Positions 41,500 through 57,469 of a stretch of DNA of 64,000 nucleotides are shown here, piece after piece (the first letter of the stretch is position 1; each line of letters opens with the position of its first letter). A model generated the notes under the pieces. That model was not told where the DNA came from and ran no database searches. It was given only the letters and a program-made list of their open reading frames with translations. Source of the DNA: Eledone cirrhosa (Eukaryota); contig OZ024743.1 in the NCBI GenBank assembly GCA_964016885.1, forward strand, positions 76,322,001 to 76,386,000, given 5' to 3'. Both the position numbers and the translations under genes were made by a program.

Positions 41500-41925
41500 C
41501 CAACAACGACTATAACCTCACCAACAATAACAACACCAAACATAGCATCATCATTATCATCACCAACAACGACTAATCCCACTAACATCCGTAACAACAG
41601 TAATAATAACATCATCATCATCATCATCATCATCATCACCAACAACTACTATAACCTCACCAACAATAACAACACCAAACATAGCATCATCATTATCATC
41701 ACCAACAACGACTAATCCCACTAACATCCGTAACAACAGTAATAATAACATCATCATCATCATCATCATCATCATCACCAACAACTACTATAACCTCACC
41801 AACAATAACAACACCAAACATAGCAGCATCATTATCATCACCAACAACGACTAATCCCACTAACATCCGTAACAACAGTAATAATAACATCATCATCATC
41901 ATCATCACCAACAACTACTATAACA
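41500..41925. repeat. ~130-139-bp tandem triplication
   Basis: actataacctcaccaacaataacaacaccaaacatagca..ctaatcccactaacatccgtaacaacag occurs three times. Confidence 0.93.
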
Positions 41926-42374
41926 CCGAACATTTAACATCATCAATACAACCGACGCCATATTCACGACTAATATCAACAATAATGCCCCCAAACCCAT
42001 CACCACCAACAACATCCATCAAAGTAATGAGGGAGGCCTGTATGTGGTCGCTCAGACATGCTAGAAATAGCAGCCAGATGTCTTTTAAATCATCCACTGC
42101 TACAGGCTCGCATCTGCGGGAGGCCAACTCCGCTCCGAGAGCAGTGAGTATGGATGTGGCCTGGGGCCCAAGAACACCTGAAGTCTATACTTGATATGTC
42201 AAGGCTGAAATGGCCAAGGTGAAAGGTCAGCGATTGATGCTAACTTGGAACTAAATATTGTTACCAATGACTACAACAATAACATATGTATGATCTTATA
42301 TACACATACAAATATGCACATAGACGCACACATACACATACAAATATGCACATAGACGCACACATACGTATAAT

Positions 42375-42777
42375 ACACGTGTCTAGCAGCACTCCGTCGG
42401 TTACGACTACATATGTTCCAATTGGAACGATCAACGGAACAGCCTACTCGTGGAATTAAAGAGCAGGTTGATGAGCATTCCACAAACACGTGTGCCCATA
42501 ACGTAGTTCTCAGGGAGATTCAGCGTGACACAGAATGTGACAAGGCTGGCCCTTCAAATTACAGGTAAAATTCATTTTTGCCAGTTGAGTAGACAAGGTA
42601 TGCAATGGCAGATACAGCCAGGCACTAGTGACGTCACAAATCACATATACAGCTGAGTAAACTGGAGTAACGTGAAATAAAGTATCTTGCTCAAGGACAC
42701 AACGTGCTACCGGGAATCGAACTCACAAACTTGCGATCTTGAGGCGAATATCATAACCACAAACCCTTGCGCCTTCC
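42375..42777 (-). mobile_element. Family-B SINE head (42610-42777) joined to a different SINE 3' region
   Basis: cagctgagtaaactggag..cgtgaaataaagt.tcttgctcaaggacacaa matches 2720-2772. Confidence 0.72.
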
Positions 42778-42865
42778 ACAATACATATGTATGTGCAAAC
42801 ATAAACATACAATAAATTACAGATGGTGCGTGTGTGTGTGAGAGAGAGAGCGGGGTGAGGGGGGA

Positions 42866-42939
<74 letters not shown>

Positions 42940-43185
42940 ACATGTAGAAGTAGAACCGCTCTAGTAGGTTCATGAGACACAGAGATATTGCCAGCTGTGA
43001 TTTGCTAATTCGTGTCCCATCAGTTGATAGGTAAGACAGGTCGACAGGGAAACTATGCAGCAAAAATTAGTAACGCTTGTCTGAATCTTGATGAAGTATA
43101 TTGTTTAGAGGACTAGTGATAGGGTGATACAAACGCCCTTACATACTGACAAATCCCCTCCTCTCCCTCTATCTATCTATCTCTA

Positions 43186-43380
<195 letters not shown>

Positions 43381-43381
43381 G

Positions 43382-43475
<94 letters not shown>

Positions 43476-43536
43476 ATGAAATCGAAAATGCAACTGGAGT
43501 CTTATTTTAAAAAAAAATATATCTAATTATTTGGTT

Positions 43537-43573
43537 CCTTTACCGGTTTCGCAGTTCTTCTGCTTTTCAAAAG
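43537..43573 (-). ncRNA. Dispersed copy of the U3-A8 hammerhead motif
   Basis: Minus strand reads ctt TTGAAAA gcag aagaa ctgc GAAA ccgg TA|aagg. It lies in a ~120 bp segment (43471-43588) homologous to 4490-4610, between (GA)n and (TA)n. Confidence 0.72.
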
Positions 43574-43589
43574 TAGAGTTGAGATGGAA

Positions 43590-45243
<1,654 letters not shown>

Positions 45244-45284
45244 ATATTGAAGTTTGCTTGAAGCATTGTGGAATAATAAGGTAA

Positions 45285-45704
45285 ATTTCTTTAAGTCGTT
45301 TGGAAGCCTCGACAATGCAAATGGGTAAATCTCCGGGTAACAAGATCCGGTGGTGGAGAGAGAGATGTAAGTGGGTATACGTTGAGATGCGTGGCGTGTA
45401 TAAGACGTGTAGAGGAATGAAGGAAAGAGAATAAAGGATAAAATAAAAATAACAACACGAGAGAGAGTTACCTTGGGAGAGATTTAATTGGGACAATTGT
45501 CCCAATTAAATCTCTCCCAAGGTAACTCTCTCTCGTGTTGTTATTTTTATTTTATCCTTTATTCTCTTTCCTTCATTCCTCTACACGTCTTATACACGCC
45601 ACGCATCTCAACGTATACCCACTTACATCTCTCTCTCCACCACCGGATCTTGTTACCCGGAGATTTACCCATTTGCATTGTCGAGGCTTCCAAACGACTT
45701 AAAG

Positions 45705-45708
<4 letters not shown>
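45285..45708. repeat. Apparently perfect loop-less palindrome, 212-bp arms
   Basis: Centre is aattgggacaa|ttgtcccaatt at 45496/45497. The opposite-strand ORFs 43523-45505 and 45488-46174 share an identical N-terminus. Confidence 0.98.
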
Positions 45709-45771
<63 letters not shown>

Positions 45772-45848
45772 GTGTGTATATATATATATACATATATGTA
45801 TATATATATATACATGTATATATATATATACATATATAAATATACATG

Positions 45849-45916
<68 letters not shown>

Positions 45917-45929
45917 TATATACATAAAT

Positions 45930-45973
<44 letters not shown>

Positions 45974-46003
45974 ACATATATACATACATATATATATATG
46001 TAC

Positions 46004-46044
<41 letters not shown>

Positions 46045-46051
46045 TACACAC

Positions 46052-46131
<80 letters not shown>

Positions 46132-47399
46132 ATATATATGTATATATATTTATAATACATACATATATATATAATAATATATATATGTATGTATAAATAT
46201 ATGTATGTATATATATATACATATATATACACACTCATTCACATACACACGCGCGCGGACATATATACATACATTAGATATAGCATTTGTGCGCATATAT
46301 AATATATATAACAAGTGTGGATGCTTGGAAGAATATACACATATCTACTTGATTTGGACACCCTGACCCACTCAAATAGAGAGTTATTGTTTTCGGAGAC
46401 ATACCCGGGTGTAGTGGGTTATTCGGAATTTCTTCGAGGAATTTATCCAAATACTTTTTGAATTTTAGGTGAATTGTTTCTGTTTTTATATATTTTGGTA
46501 TTAAAGGCCGGGACCAATTGAGGCGAAATAATTGGGCCGTAATGTTGTTATGAGATTCTGTCCATTTGATTGTGTAGAAAAATAGTTACATGTTGCGTAG
46601 TTACAAGTTTTGAGAGTGCTCTATATCGATTAAAAAGCTACATAATTACGTAGTAACAATAATTGTTTCTACTTTAGGCACAAGGCCAGCAATTACCCAG
46701 TGCATTTATGTTTGTTAATGTTACCGATAAGTTTAATTAAAAATTCAAGCTTTAATATGGATAGCATACATCTCATATCGTAAACTACATTTTGTCAGAA
46801 CTTGAACTGCTTATAATATGGCTGGCTGATAATTTGCGTGAAATCCCGAGAATTGTATTGTAGCCATAAAAGAAGGTAAAAAGAAGGGAAGAGACGAAAT
46901 ATGTGTGACAGCTCTTCAGTTTTATATTGTTCAATAGTTATTAACGAGAAACTTAACAGCTGTATGTTGTTTAGCGAATTATACATTTTCATGAATATTA
47001 TGTATAAAGGTGAAAAGGGTCATTTCCTAAAGTTGAAAAGGTTTGAAATGGGAGTATTAATCACAGTGGGTCTTCCCGCTGGGGTTGAGGGTGTTCTAGA
47101 AACTAATATTACCATGAGGGAAGCACAACTGTATGTTGGATGAATGTCTGGATCGTGTATAAGTTTGAAAGCTTTTCAATTAGAGAGAGCCTGTCCGCTT
47201 GTCTGGTTGATGGACTAAAGGAGGCTATTTCCAAGTAGCAAGGAAACATTTCCTAAAGTGAGGAAACGATGTAAATATTTCGCTCTATGAATGTATAGAT
47301 TCGTTTAATTGTACAATCAAAAGAAAAGAGGAATTGATACATGAAATAACGTTTAGTATATTGGAAGACAATCAGTGATTCACTTCATCTTTGAAAGAG

Positions 47400-47442
<43 letters not shown>

Positions 47443-47491
47443 GAGGGAGGGAGTGAGAGCGAGAGAGGAGGGAGAGAAACAGATAGAGAGA

Positions 47492-47535
<44 letters not shown>

Positions 47536-47608
47536 GACTTCGGAGGATTTAATGGTCATCTGCTTGGAAATTGACATTTGCGCAACTGATTATTTTCAGT
47601 ATTACATA

Positions 47609-49931
47609 CCCTACCAATGCCACCACCACCCCTACCAATTCCACCACCACCCCTACCAATTCGACCACCACCCGTACCAATACCACCACCCGTACCAGTT
47701 CTACCACCCGTACCAATTCCACCACCACCCCTACCAATTCTACCACCCGTACCAATACCAGCACCTGTACCAATACCACCACCCGTACCAGTTCTACCAC
47801 CCGTACCAATTCCACCACCACCCCTACCAATTCTACCACCCGTACCAATACCAGCACCTGTACCAATACTACCACCCGTACCAATACTACCACCCGTACC
47901 AATTCCACCACCACCCCTACCAATTCTACCACCCGTACCAATACCAGCACCTGTACCAATACTACCACCCGTACCAATACTACCACCCGTACCAATTCCA
48001 CCACCACCCCTACCAATTCTACCACCCGTACCAATACCAGCACCTGTACCAATACTACCACCCGTACCAATACTACCACCCGTACCAATTCCACCACCAC
48101 CCCTACCAATTCTACCACCCGTACCAATACCAGCACCTGTACCAATACTACCACCCGTACCAATACTACCACCCGTACCAATTCCACCACCACCCCTACC
48201 AATTCTACCACCCGTACCAATACCAGCACCTGTACCAATACTACCACCCCTACCAATTCTACCACCCGTACCAATACCAGCACCTGTACCAATACCAGCA
48301 CCTGTACCAATACTACCACCCGTACCAATACTACCACCCGTACCAATTCCACCACCACCCCTACCAATTCTACCACCCGTACCAATACCAGCACCTGTAC
48401 CAATACTACCACCCGTACCAATACTACCACCCGTACCAATTCCACCACCACCCCTACCAATTCTACCACCCGTACCAATACCAGCACCTGTACCAATACT
48501 ACCACCCGTACCAATACTACCACCCGTACCAATTCCACCACCACCCCTACCAATTCTACCACCCGTACCAATACCAGCACCTGTACCAATACTACCACCC
48601 GTACCAATACTACCACCCGTACCAATACTACCACCCGTACCAATACCACCACCCGTACCAATACTACCACCCGTACCATACTACCACCCGTACCAATACC
48701 ACCACCCGTACCAATACCACCACCCGTACCAATACTACCACCCGTACCAATACCACCACCCGTACCAATACCACCACCCGTACCAATTCTACCACCCGTA
48801 CCAATACCACCACCCGTACCAATACTACCACCCGTACCATACTACCACCCGTACCAATACCACCACCCGTACCAATACCACCACCCGTACCAATTCCACC
48901 ACCACCCGTACCAATACCACCACCCGTACCAATACTACCACCCGTACCATACTACCACCCGTACCAATACCACCACCCGTACCAATACCACCACCCGTAC
49001 CAATTCCACCACCACCCGTACCAATACCACCACCCGTACCAATACTACCACCCGTACCATACTACCACCCGTACCAATACCACCACCCGTACCAATACCA
49101 CCACCCGTACCAATTCCACCACCACCCGTACCAATACCAGCACCCGTACCAATACGACCACCCCTACCAATACTACCACCCGTACCAATACCACCACCAC
49201 CCCTAACAATTCCACTACCGCCCCTACCAATTCCGCCACCACCCGTACCAATACTACCACCCGTACCAATACTACCACCCGTACCAATACCACCACCCAT
49301 ACCAATACCACCACCCGTACCAATACTACCACCACCCGTACCAATACCACCACCCCTACCAATACTACCACCCGTACCAATACTACCACCCGTACCAATT
49401 CTACCACCCGTACCAATACCACCATCCGTACAAATACTACCACCCGTACCAATACCACCACCCGTACCAATACTACCACCACCCGTACCAATACCACCAC
49501 CCGTACCAATACTACCACCCGTACCAATACCACCACCCCTACCAATACTACCACCCGTACCAATACTACCACCCGTACCAATACCACCACCCGTACCAAT
49601 ACTACCACCACCCCTACCAATACCACCACCCGTACCAATACTACCACCACCCCTACCAATACCACCACCCGTTCCAATACTACCACCCGTACCAATACCA
49701 CCACCCGTACCAATACCACCACCCGTACCAATACTACCACCCGAACCAATACCACCACCCGTACCAATACCACCACCCCTACCAATACCACCACCCGTAC
49801 CAATACCACCACCCGTACCAATACTACCACCCGTACCAATACCACCACCCGTACCAATACTACCACCCGTACCAATACTACCACCACCCCTACCAATACT
49901 ACCACCACCCGTACCAATACCACCACCCGTA
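47609..49931. repeat. 18-bp minisatellite with 93-bp higher-order repeat
   Basis: Unit ccaatactaccacccgta, with a 31-codon period in the first kilobase. Confidence 0.97.
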
Positions 49932-50442
49932 ATAATGCTTGAAGCTGGTGAAAATATATTTGTCAAAATATCAAATTTCCCTGTAGTTTTCATGTCTATC
50001 ATTATTAATAGTTTTTTCTTAACTAATTACTCTGACATCTAAGCTGCGTTTAAAGTGTTTTCGTAAAGGTTCATGAAAATAATTAGTTTAATATTACTTT
50101 ATATATAATAAATAAGCATCCATGCCAACTTTATAATCTTCTTCTTCTTCTTCTTCTTCTTCTTTTTCTTCTTTTTCTTCTTTTTCTTTTTCTTTTTCTT
50201 TTTATTCTTCTTCTTCTTTCCTCATTCTTCTTCTACTTCTTCTAGTTCTTCTTCTACTTCTTCTTGTTATTCTTCTTTCATCACTCTTCTTCTTCTTCTT
50301 CTTCTTCTTCTTCTTCTTCTTCTTCTTCTTCTTCTTCTTCTTCTTCTTCTTCTTCTTCTTCTTCTTCTTCTTCTTCTTCTTCTTCTTTTTCTTCTTCTTC
50401 TTGTTCTTCTTCTACTTCTTCTTGTTCTTCTTCTTTCCTCAC

Positions 50443-50473
<31 letters not shown>

Positions 50474-51719
50474 CTTCTTCTACTTCTTCTTCTTTCCTCA
50501 TTCTTCTTCTTCTTCTTCTTCTTCTCTTCCATCTTCTCCTTCTTGTGTTATGACATAAATCCTACAGTAAACTTGTGTTACTCTATTATACTTCGCAGTG
50601 GTTTCCTCCACAAACCAAGTTTCATTCTATGTGACACACACCCCCACACACACACACACTCACTGACTCACACACTCACACACACACACTCACACACACT
50701 CACTCACTCACACACATACACACATTCACACACACACTCACACACACCCACACACACACACTCACACACACCCTCACACTCACACACACCCTCACACACA
50801 CACACACGCACGCACTCACACACACACACACACATAGACACACACACACACACACTCACTCACTCACACACTCACACTCACACACACATATACACTCACA
50901 CTCACTCACAGACAGACACACTCACACACATACACACACTCACACACACACACACTCACACACACTCACACACATACACTCACACACACACACTCACACA
51001 CACACACTCACTCACACACTCACACACACACACACACACACACTCAAACACGCATCGATAATTTTTCTAGGTTGTCTCCGTTGAAATCCTTAAAAACCAG
51101 AATTAGTCGTTTAGTTTACATATTGAGACCCCAACCCATCCTATTTATTTTATAACATATGGGATTTCTAGTGATCGTTTTTGTCGGTTTTTTAATGTAT
51201 AAAGAAAATTAATTGTCGCAGGAATGCTCCGACTTAAAATAAAATTTCACCGGAGATAGATTAGTAAAATTTAATAAGTGGGGAGGGGAGGGGAGGGATG
51301 GGTGGGGTGGAATAAGAGCGGGTGGGGTGGAAAAAACTCTGAAAATGTAATAAGTGGGGTGAGGTGGGGTGGGGTGGAATAAGAGTGGGTGGGGTTGGAA
51401 AAACTCTGAAAATTTAATAAGCGGGGAAGGGGGACGATTATTCGGGAACCAAGTGTAGTTCTCACTAGACAAAACAAATTATTTATATTCTTAAAGCGAT
51501 CGGTTCTTTCTTCTAGAACAAGTATGGTGGCCAAATATATCGGCTTAGTCTTCTTATAAGGATTAAATGGGTTTAATTCTACAGTTAGACCCACAGTATA
51601 TTGCTGTTATTTACTGATCCACAAAGATGAAAGTCAATATCAGATGTAAGAATGTGTAACTAAATGACGTAAAGTATTCCCGGCATTCTCCTGGTCTACC
51701 GGGTTATAAACAGGAATGG

Positions 51720-53005
51720 AGTCTACTTCTGGCACAAGGCCAGCAATTTCTCCAGTACATTACTGGTACTTTATTATATCGACCCCGTATGGATGAAAGG
51801 TGAAGTTAACCTCGGCGGGATTTGAACTCAGACTGTAAGGGGCTGTAACTCTATGCCAATACACCGCCCTCATGATAATTGTTTCTAGTTTAGGCCAGTA
51901 ATTTGGGGGGAGAGGTAAGTCGTTAAATCGACCCCAGTGCATTACTGGTGCTTTATTTTATCGACCCCGTAAGGATGAAAGGCAAAGCTAATCTCGGCGA
52001 GATTTGCACTCAGAACGTAAAGGGCCATAACTCCGTTGCAAACCATGGCGTCTGACGCTCCTTCAATGCTGCCAATTCACCGCCCTATCCGCCCTCATCA
52101 TAATAACAGGAGATTGTGCAGATATTTCTTATGACATATGGTGGATTGGCAGTATCGGTAGAGAGTCGGATACCATGCTTTGAAGCATAGAGTTACGTCC
52201 CTTTATGATCTGAGTTCAAATCCCGCCGAGGTTAACTTTGTCTTTCATCCTTACGGGGTCGATAAAATAAAGTACCAGTAATGTACTGGGTGATTGCTGG
52301 CCTTGTGCCTAAAATAGAAACACTTATTTCTTATGGTATATACTTATACCAAAGGAAAACTTATAAACAATAATTGTTTCTACTATTGGCACAAGGCCAG
52401 CAATTATTCCAGTGTATTACTGGTACTTTATTTTATCGACCCCGTAAGGATGAAAGGCAAAGTTAATCTCGGTGGGATTTGAACTCAGACCATAAAGGGA
52501 CGTAACTCTTTGCTGCAAAGCATGGTGTCAGACCCTCTACCGATTCTGACAATCCACCGCCCTTATAAACAATAATTGTTTCTACTTTAGGCACAAGGCC
52601 AGCAACTATCCAGTGCATTACTGGTACTTTATTTTATCGACCCCGTAAGGATGAAAGGCAAAGTCAACCTCGGCGGGATTTGAACTCAGATCGTAAAGGG
52701 ACGTAACTATGCTGCAAAGCATGGTGTCAGACCCTCTACCGATACTGACAATCCACCGCCCTTATAAACAATAATGCTATCCATAGCTATATGCCGCAAA
52801 GCATAATGTCCGACACTTTACCGATTACTGCTAATACCCCCGTTTAAATCGACCCCAGTACTTTACTGGTACTTTATTTTATCGACCCCGTAAGGATGAA
52901 AGGTATAACTAACCTTGGTGGGATTTGAACTCCGAATGTAAAGAGCCGTAACTAAATACCACAAAGTATAATATCTGACGCTCTACCGATTACTGCCAAT
53001 CCACT
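51720..53005. mobile_element. Cluster of at least six family-A SINEs in both orientations
   Basis: Copies at ~51722-51856 (-), 51875-52086 (-), 52140-52322 (+), 52368-52563 (-), 52568-52761 (-) and 52845-53004 (-). Confidence 0.9.
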
Positions 53006-53456
53006 GTACCTGGATTATAAACAATAACAAGAACAAGGTGTATAGAAATTCTATGACGATATATAAAACTATAGGAGAGATTAGACTGGTATAAAGACCG
53101 AAGATATGGATATGAAATATACACACATTTGTGGAAACAAAGAATACTGTAGAAGAGACAGAGGTCAGTAGTTAGAGGTCGGAGGTCAGAGGTCAGAAGT
53201 CAGAGGTCGGAGGTCAGAGGTCGGAAGTCAGAGTACAACGATGTTGCTCTTCTTTATAACTTGGTCATCAGACAGGTGGTAAGGAACAAGAGATATCAAC
53301 TCAACTAGGAAATCACAAATGCATCCACACACACATACACATATACACACACATATACACACACACATACACACACACACATACACACACACACATACAC
53401 ACGCACGCACATACACACACACACACATACACACACACATACACACACATCCACAC

Positions 53457-53496
<40 letters not shown>

Positions 53497-53596
53497 ACGC
53501 ACACACACACACATACACACACGCATACACACACACATACATACACACACACGCATACACGTATACACACAAACATATCTAGCTATCTATTTATCT

Positions 53597-53706
53597 TTTA
53601 AATTGCATTTGTGATAATATTTTACACGTTTTTATTGTATGTAAACTTCTCCCTTTGTATTTGTCCCCTTCTTTTGTGCCCCTGTGGCTAATAAAGAAAC
53701 ATATCT
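53597..53706 (+). mobile_element. Extreme 3' end of the Tx1-like family
   Basis: Near-identical to 8902-9010 and flanked by tatct-type repeats. Confidence 0.85.
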
Positions 53707-54230
53707 ATAAATATTTATATATGTACATGTATGTGTGTATGTATAATGTGTGTATGTATGTATGTATATATGTATATATGTATATATGTATATATGTATG
53801 TATATATGTATATATCTATGTATGTTTGTATGTATATATGTAAGTATGTACGTGTGTATGTATGCATGTATGTATGTGTGTATATATGTATATACATATA
53901 CAGACATATATGTATCTGTATATATAAGCATGTACATATGTAATATCCTTTTGATGGGTAAAAGTGTCAATACATATATTAAAAAGAGAATACAGGTAAA
54001 TATAATGAGACGGAATAATGAGGGAGTTGTATGGAAATTGAAACCTTTAACGCTTAAATGACTCCAGTCACAATTTCCTGTCTATATTGTTATCCAGTAA
54101 ACATGAGCACTTATATGAACGGATGCCTCGTTCAATGGCATTCTCTTTACCAATTGCAGGTTGACAAATCAGAACACTGTACTTCCACTGTAGATAATTG
54201 AGAAGGCAGTAAAAGATTCGCAGATGTATC

Positions 54231-54309
<79 letters not shown>

Positions 54310-54349
54310 TACAAATATTAATAAAATAGATGTTCTTTTGATCAATTAC

Positions 54350-54402
54350 ATTTTATTATACATATTTCGGAGGTACAACAGTACGTCCTCATCAGACAAA
54401 TA
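54350..54402 (-). ncRNA. Mirror hammerhead motif
   Basis: Minus strand reads tttgt CTGATGA gga c gtac tgtt gtac c tcc GAAA tatgta TA|ataaa. Confidence 0.8.
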
Positions 54403-54454
54403 TTTTGTCTGATGAGGGCGTACTGTTGTACCTCCGAAATATGTATAATAAAAT
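54402..54454 (+). ncRNA. Hammerhead motif
   Basis: attttgt CTGATGA ggg c gtac-tgtt-gtac c tcc GAAA tatgta TA|ataaaat. Confidence 0.8.
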
Positions 54455-54605
54455 GTAATTGATCAAAAGAACATCTATTTTATTAATATTTGTATTTTAA
54501 TATTAATAACTCTGGAAAAAAAATGTTTTCCCGTAGAGTGCTTGCTTCCAATCTACTGTAAAACTCATTCTTTGATATACTCATTGAATCTTGTTTAACT
54601 CTTTA

Positions 54606-54637
<32 letters not shown>

Positions 54638-54692
54638 TGATTTAAAACTTCACTGCTCACAAGTGTTTTTTAAGCTTCATATCATGTCTCCC

Positions 54693-54763
54693 TATTTTAT
54701 CTGATGAGAGCGCAGATATCATTCCATGATGATATTTGTTTCTGAAATGCGCATAATAAAATA
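54693..54763 (+). ncRNA. Hammerhead motif (solo, TA-flanked segment)
   Basis: tattttat CTGATGA gagc gcagatatcat-tccatg-atgatatttgt ttct GAAA tgcgca TA|ataaaata. Stem I is 8 bp and stem III is palindromic. Confidence 0.75.
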
Positions 54764-54897
54764 CTTGGAATTCTTTTAACCATCTTTTGATCTTATATTA
54801 TATATATATATATATATAAAACGGGGTGTGGTAGAAACCAGGTAGACCATAACCTACCAGAGTATTCGATACTTGAGGTAGTAGAGCGAGTAATATG

Positions 54898-55011
54898 AAA
54901 AAATTCTGGACCCCGACGGCTGAGCTCGGGCCGTTTCGACAGCTAGATCCGAACGTTCGGATCTAGCTGTCGAAATGGCCGGAGCTCAGCTATCGGGGCC
55001 CTGAATCTTTT
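54898..55011. repeat. Loop-less imperfect palindrome, ~57-bp arms
   Basis: gacagctagatccgaac|gttcggatctagctgtc. Confidence 0.93.
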
Positions 55012-55161
55012 GATATATATATATATATATATATATACAGACTGGTCGGTTAAGGTGATCAAGGTGATATATATAGTAATAATAATAAATGTGAAGACTA
55101 AAATCCAAAGAGGGCTTGATAAGGATAAATATATATCAAATATATAAGAACCCTAGAGTAA

Positions 55162-55281
55162 ATATTTATTAAAATAACATATTAAACTTTAAACAAAGAA
55201 TCGCTGCTTTCACTCTTAACGAAATCTTCCGTTAAGGGTGAAAGCAGCGATTCTTTGCTTAAACTTTAATCTGGTATATTA

Positions 55282-55289
<8 letters not shown>
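55162..55289. repeat. Imperfect palindrome, ~60-bp arms
   Basis: aaagaatcgctgctttcactcttaacg aaatcttc cgttaagggtgaaagcagcgattcttt. Confidence 0.88.
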
Positions 55290-55312
<23 letters not shown>

Positions 55313-55679
55313 CTATAAAGTATGTCCATAGAATCATTTGATAATATATATACACCATTTCCTCTCCCAATTAGCATAATTAACCACACAAACAATCAAT
55401 TAGACCAGGCTATAAGATTAAAAGGCACCTATGAAGAAATAGTAAATAAATAAACGACAGCAATCTCTTCGCGGCCAACCGCCATAGAATGTTTACCCAA
55501 CATTTCAACAGCACGTGGAAATCGATTAAATATACGGTCAACCATACACAATTAGGTACAAAATTAAAGTTAGAAATCCTTATATACATACCAGGATTAT
55601 GTCCCAATATATATATATATATAGGAACGAGTAGGACCCCGACGGCTGAACTCAAGCCGTTTCGACGGCTAATTCTGGA

Positions 55680-55720
<41 letters not shown>

Positions 55721-55723
<3 letters not shown>

Positions 55724-56246
55724 TATGCATGTATACGTACATACATATATGTATACAGACGTACAGTAGCATGCACATATATATATATATATACATATAC
55801 ATACATATGCATACAGGTACACATACATATATGCACGTATCAGTTTAGCGGCGCTTATTATAACGTCGCTTTGTTCGTTTGTAAACAAACTGAACAGCCT
55901 GAATTTATGCCATACGGTGTTAAGGCAACCCCGTCACCTTTTTGTTCAACACTGACACAGGAACGATGTACTAGTTTCAAGCTTGTTAGCTATCATCAGC
56001 ACCGTTTACCCATCTGCCAGATAGTTGAACGTTCGAAAGTATATACTTTCCTTATGAAAATTAACGGCTGAGCAGCCTAATTTGCATATTGAGTGAGTTA
56101 AATCGGTCAGGCATACCGAAAACGATAAATTGAAACAAAATGAAAACGAAATTTCATTTCTCACTCTTAGTATGGCACTTACTTAAATGTAAGTATGCAT
56201 GTATACGTACATACATATATGTATACAGACGTACAGTAGCATGCAC

Positions 56247-56277
<31 letters not shown>

Positions 56278-56424
56278 CATACATATGCATACAGGTACAC
56301 ATACATATATGCACGTATCAGTTTAGCTGTTCAGTTTGTTTACAAACGAACAAAGCGACGTTATAATAAGCGCCGCTAAACTGATACGTCCATATATGTA
56401 TGTGTACCTGTATGCATATGTATG

Positions 56425-56455
<31 letters not shown>

Positions 56456-56571
56456 GTGCATGCTACTGTACGTCTGTATACATATATGTATGTACGTATA
56501 CATGCATACTTACATTTAAGTAAGTGCCATACTAAGAGTGAGAAATGAAATTTCGTTTTCATTTTGTTTCA

Positions 56572-56577
<6 letters not shown>
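55721..56577. mobile_element. Unclassified ~470-bp element in partial head-to-tail tandem followed by an inverted copy, in (TA)n
   Basis: aagtatgcatgtatacgtac.. begins at both 55721 and 56191. 56326-56577 is the reverse complement of the junction-spanning unit. Confidence 0.8.
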
Positions 56578-56629
<52 letters not shown>

Positions 56630-56715
56630 ATATAATGTATATATATATATATATAATGTATATATATATATAATGTATATAATGTATATATATATATAAT
56701 GTATATATATATATA

Positions 56716-56795
<80 letters not shown>

Positions 56796-57242
56796 GTAGG
56801 AGGTGAGTTTTATTGTAGTACAATAAAGCAATGCAGATATCGGATAAGAAGCGCTCTACAGTTTGTAGGACTGGAGTATACATAATTGTTTCTACTTTTG
56901 GCACAAGGCCAGAAATTACCCAGTGTATTACTGGTACTTTATTTTATCGACCCTACGGCGGATGAAAGGCGAGTATACAAAATTTATAAGATCAAAAGAT
57001 GGTTAAAAGAGTTCCATGTATTTTATTATGCGCATTTCAAAAACAAATATCATCATGCAATAATATTTGTGTTTTCATCAGATAAAATAGGAAGACAAGA
57101 TATGAAGGTTAAAAAACACTTGTGAATAGTGCAGTTTTGAATCAACATATATATATAGTTGTATGGTTTCAAGAAAAATTGCGCCCGTAGGCAGTATAAT
57201 ACTATAAGAATAAAGGAACAAGGATTCAGTGTTGCATCATAA

Positions 57243-57332
57243 CATATTACATATGTTTCGCTATCGATCAGCTCGAGGGAAGACCTATTATAGATTGAAC
57301 CTGACTCTGTAATCGAAAGATCGTCAGATATG
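57243..57332 (-). ncRNA. Hammerhead motif with extended stem II
   Basis: Minus strand reads catat CTGACGA tctttcgatta..tgatcgatagc GAAA catatg TA|atatg. Confidence 0.72.
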
Positions 57333-57379
57333 CTTCTAATATGATTCTCGGAGAATCGGAAGCGAGATCATATAAGAAG

Positions 57380-57469
57380 CATATCTGACGATCTTTCGAT
57401 TACAGAATCAAGTTCGATCTATAATAAGTCTTTCCTCGAGCTGATCAATAGTGAAACATATGTACTATG
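57380..57469 (+). ncRNA. Diverged mirror hammerhead motif
   Basis: catat CTGACGA tctttcgatt..gatcaatagt GAAA catatg TA|ctatg. Confidence 0.65.

Larger units (their letters stand above)
54301..54503. repeat. Palindrome, ~100-bp arms, 3-nt loop
   Basis: cctcatcagacaaa tat tttgtctgatgagg; the left arm abuts (TA)n. Confidence 0.97.

Noticed and set aside
47375-50042. Pro-, Thr- or His/Tyr-rich ORFs of 500-855 aa (extensin- or mucin-like)
   Set aside because: Open in nearly all frames because of an 18-bp minisatellite. No signal peptide or unique domain.
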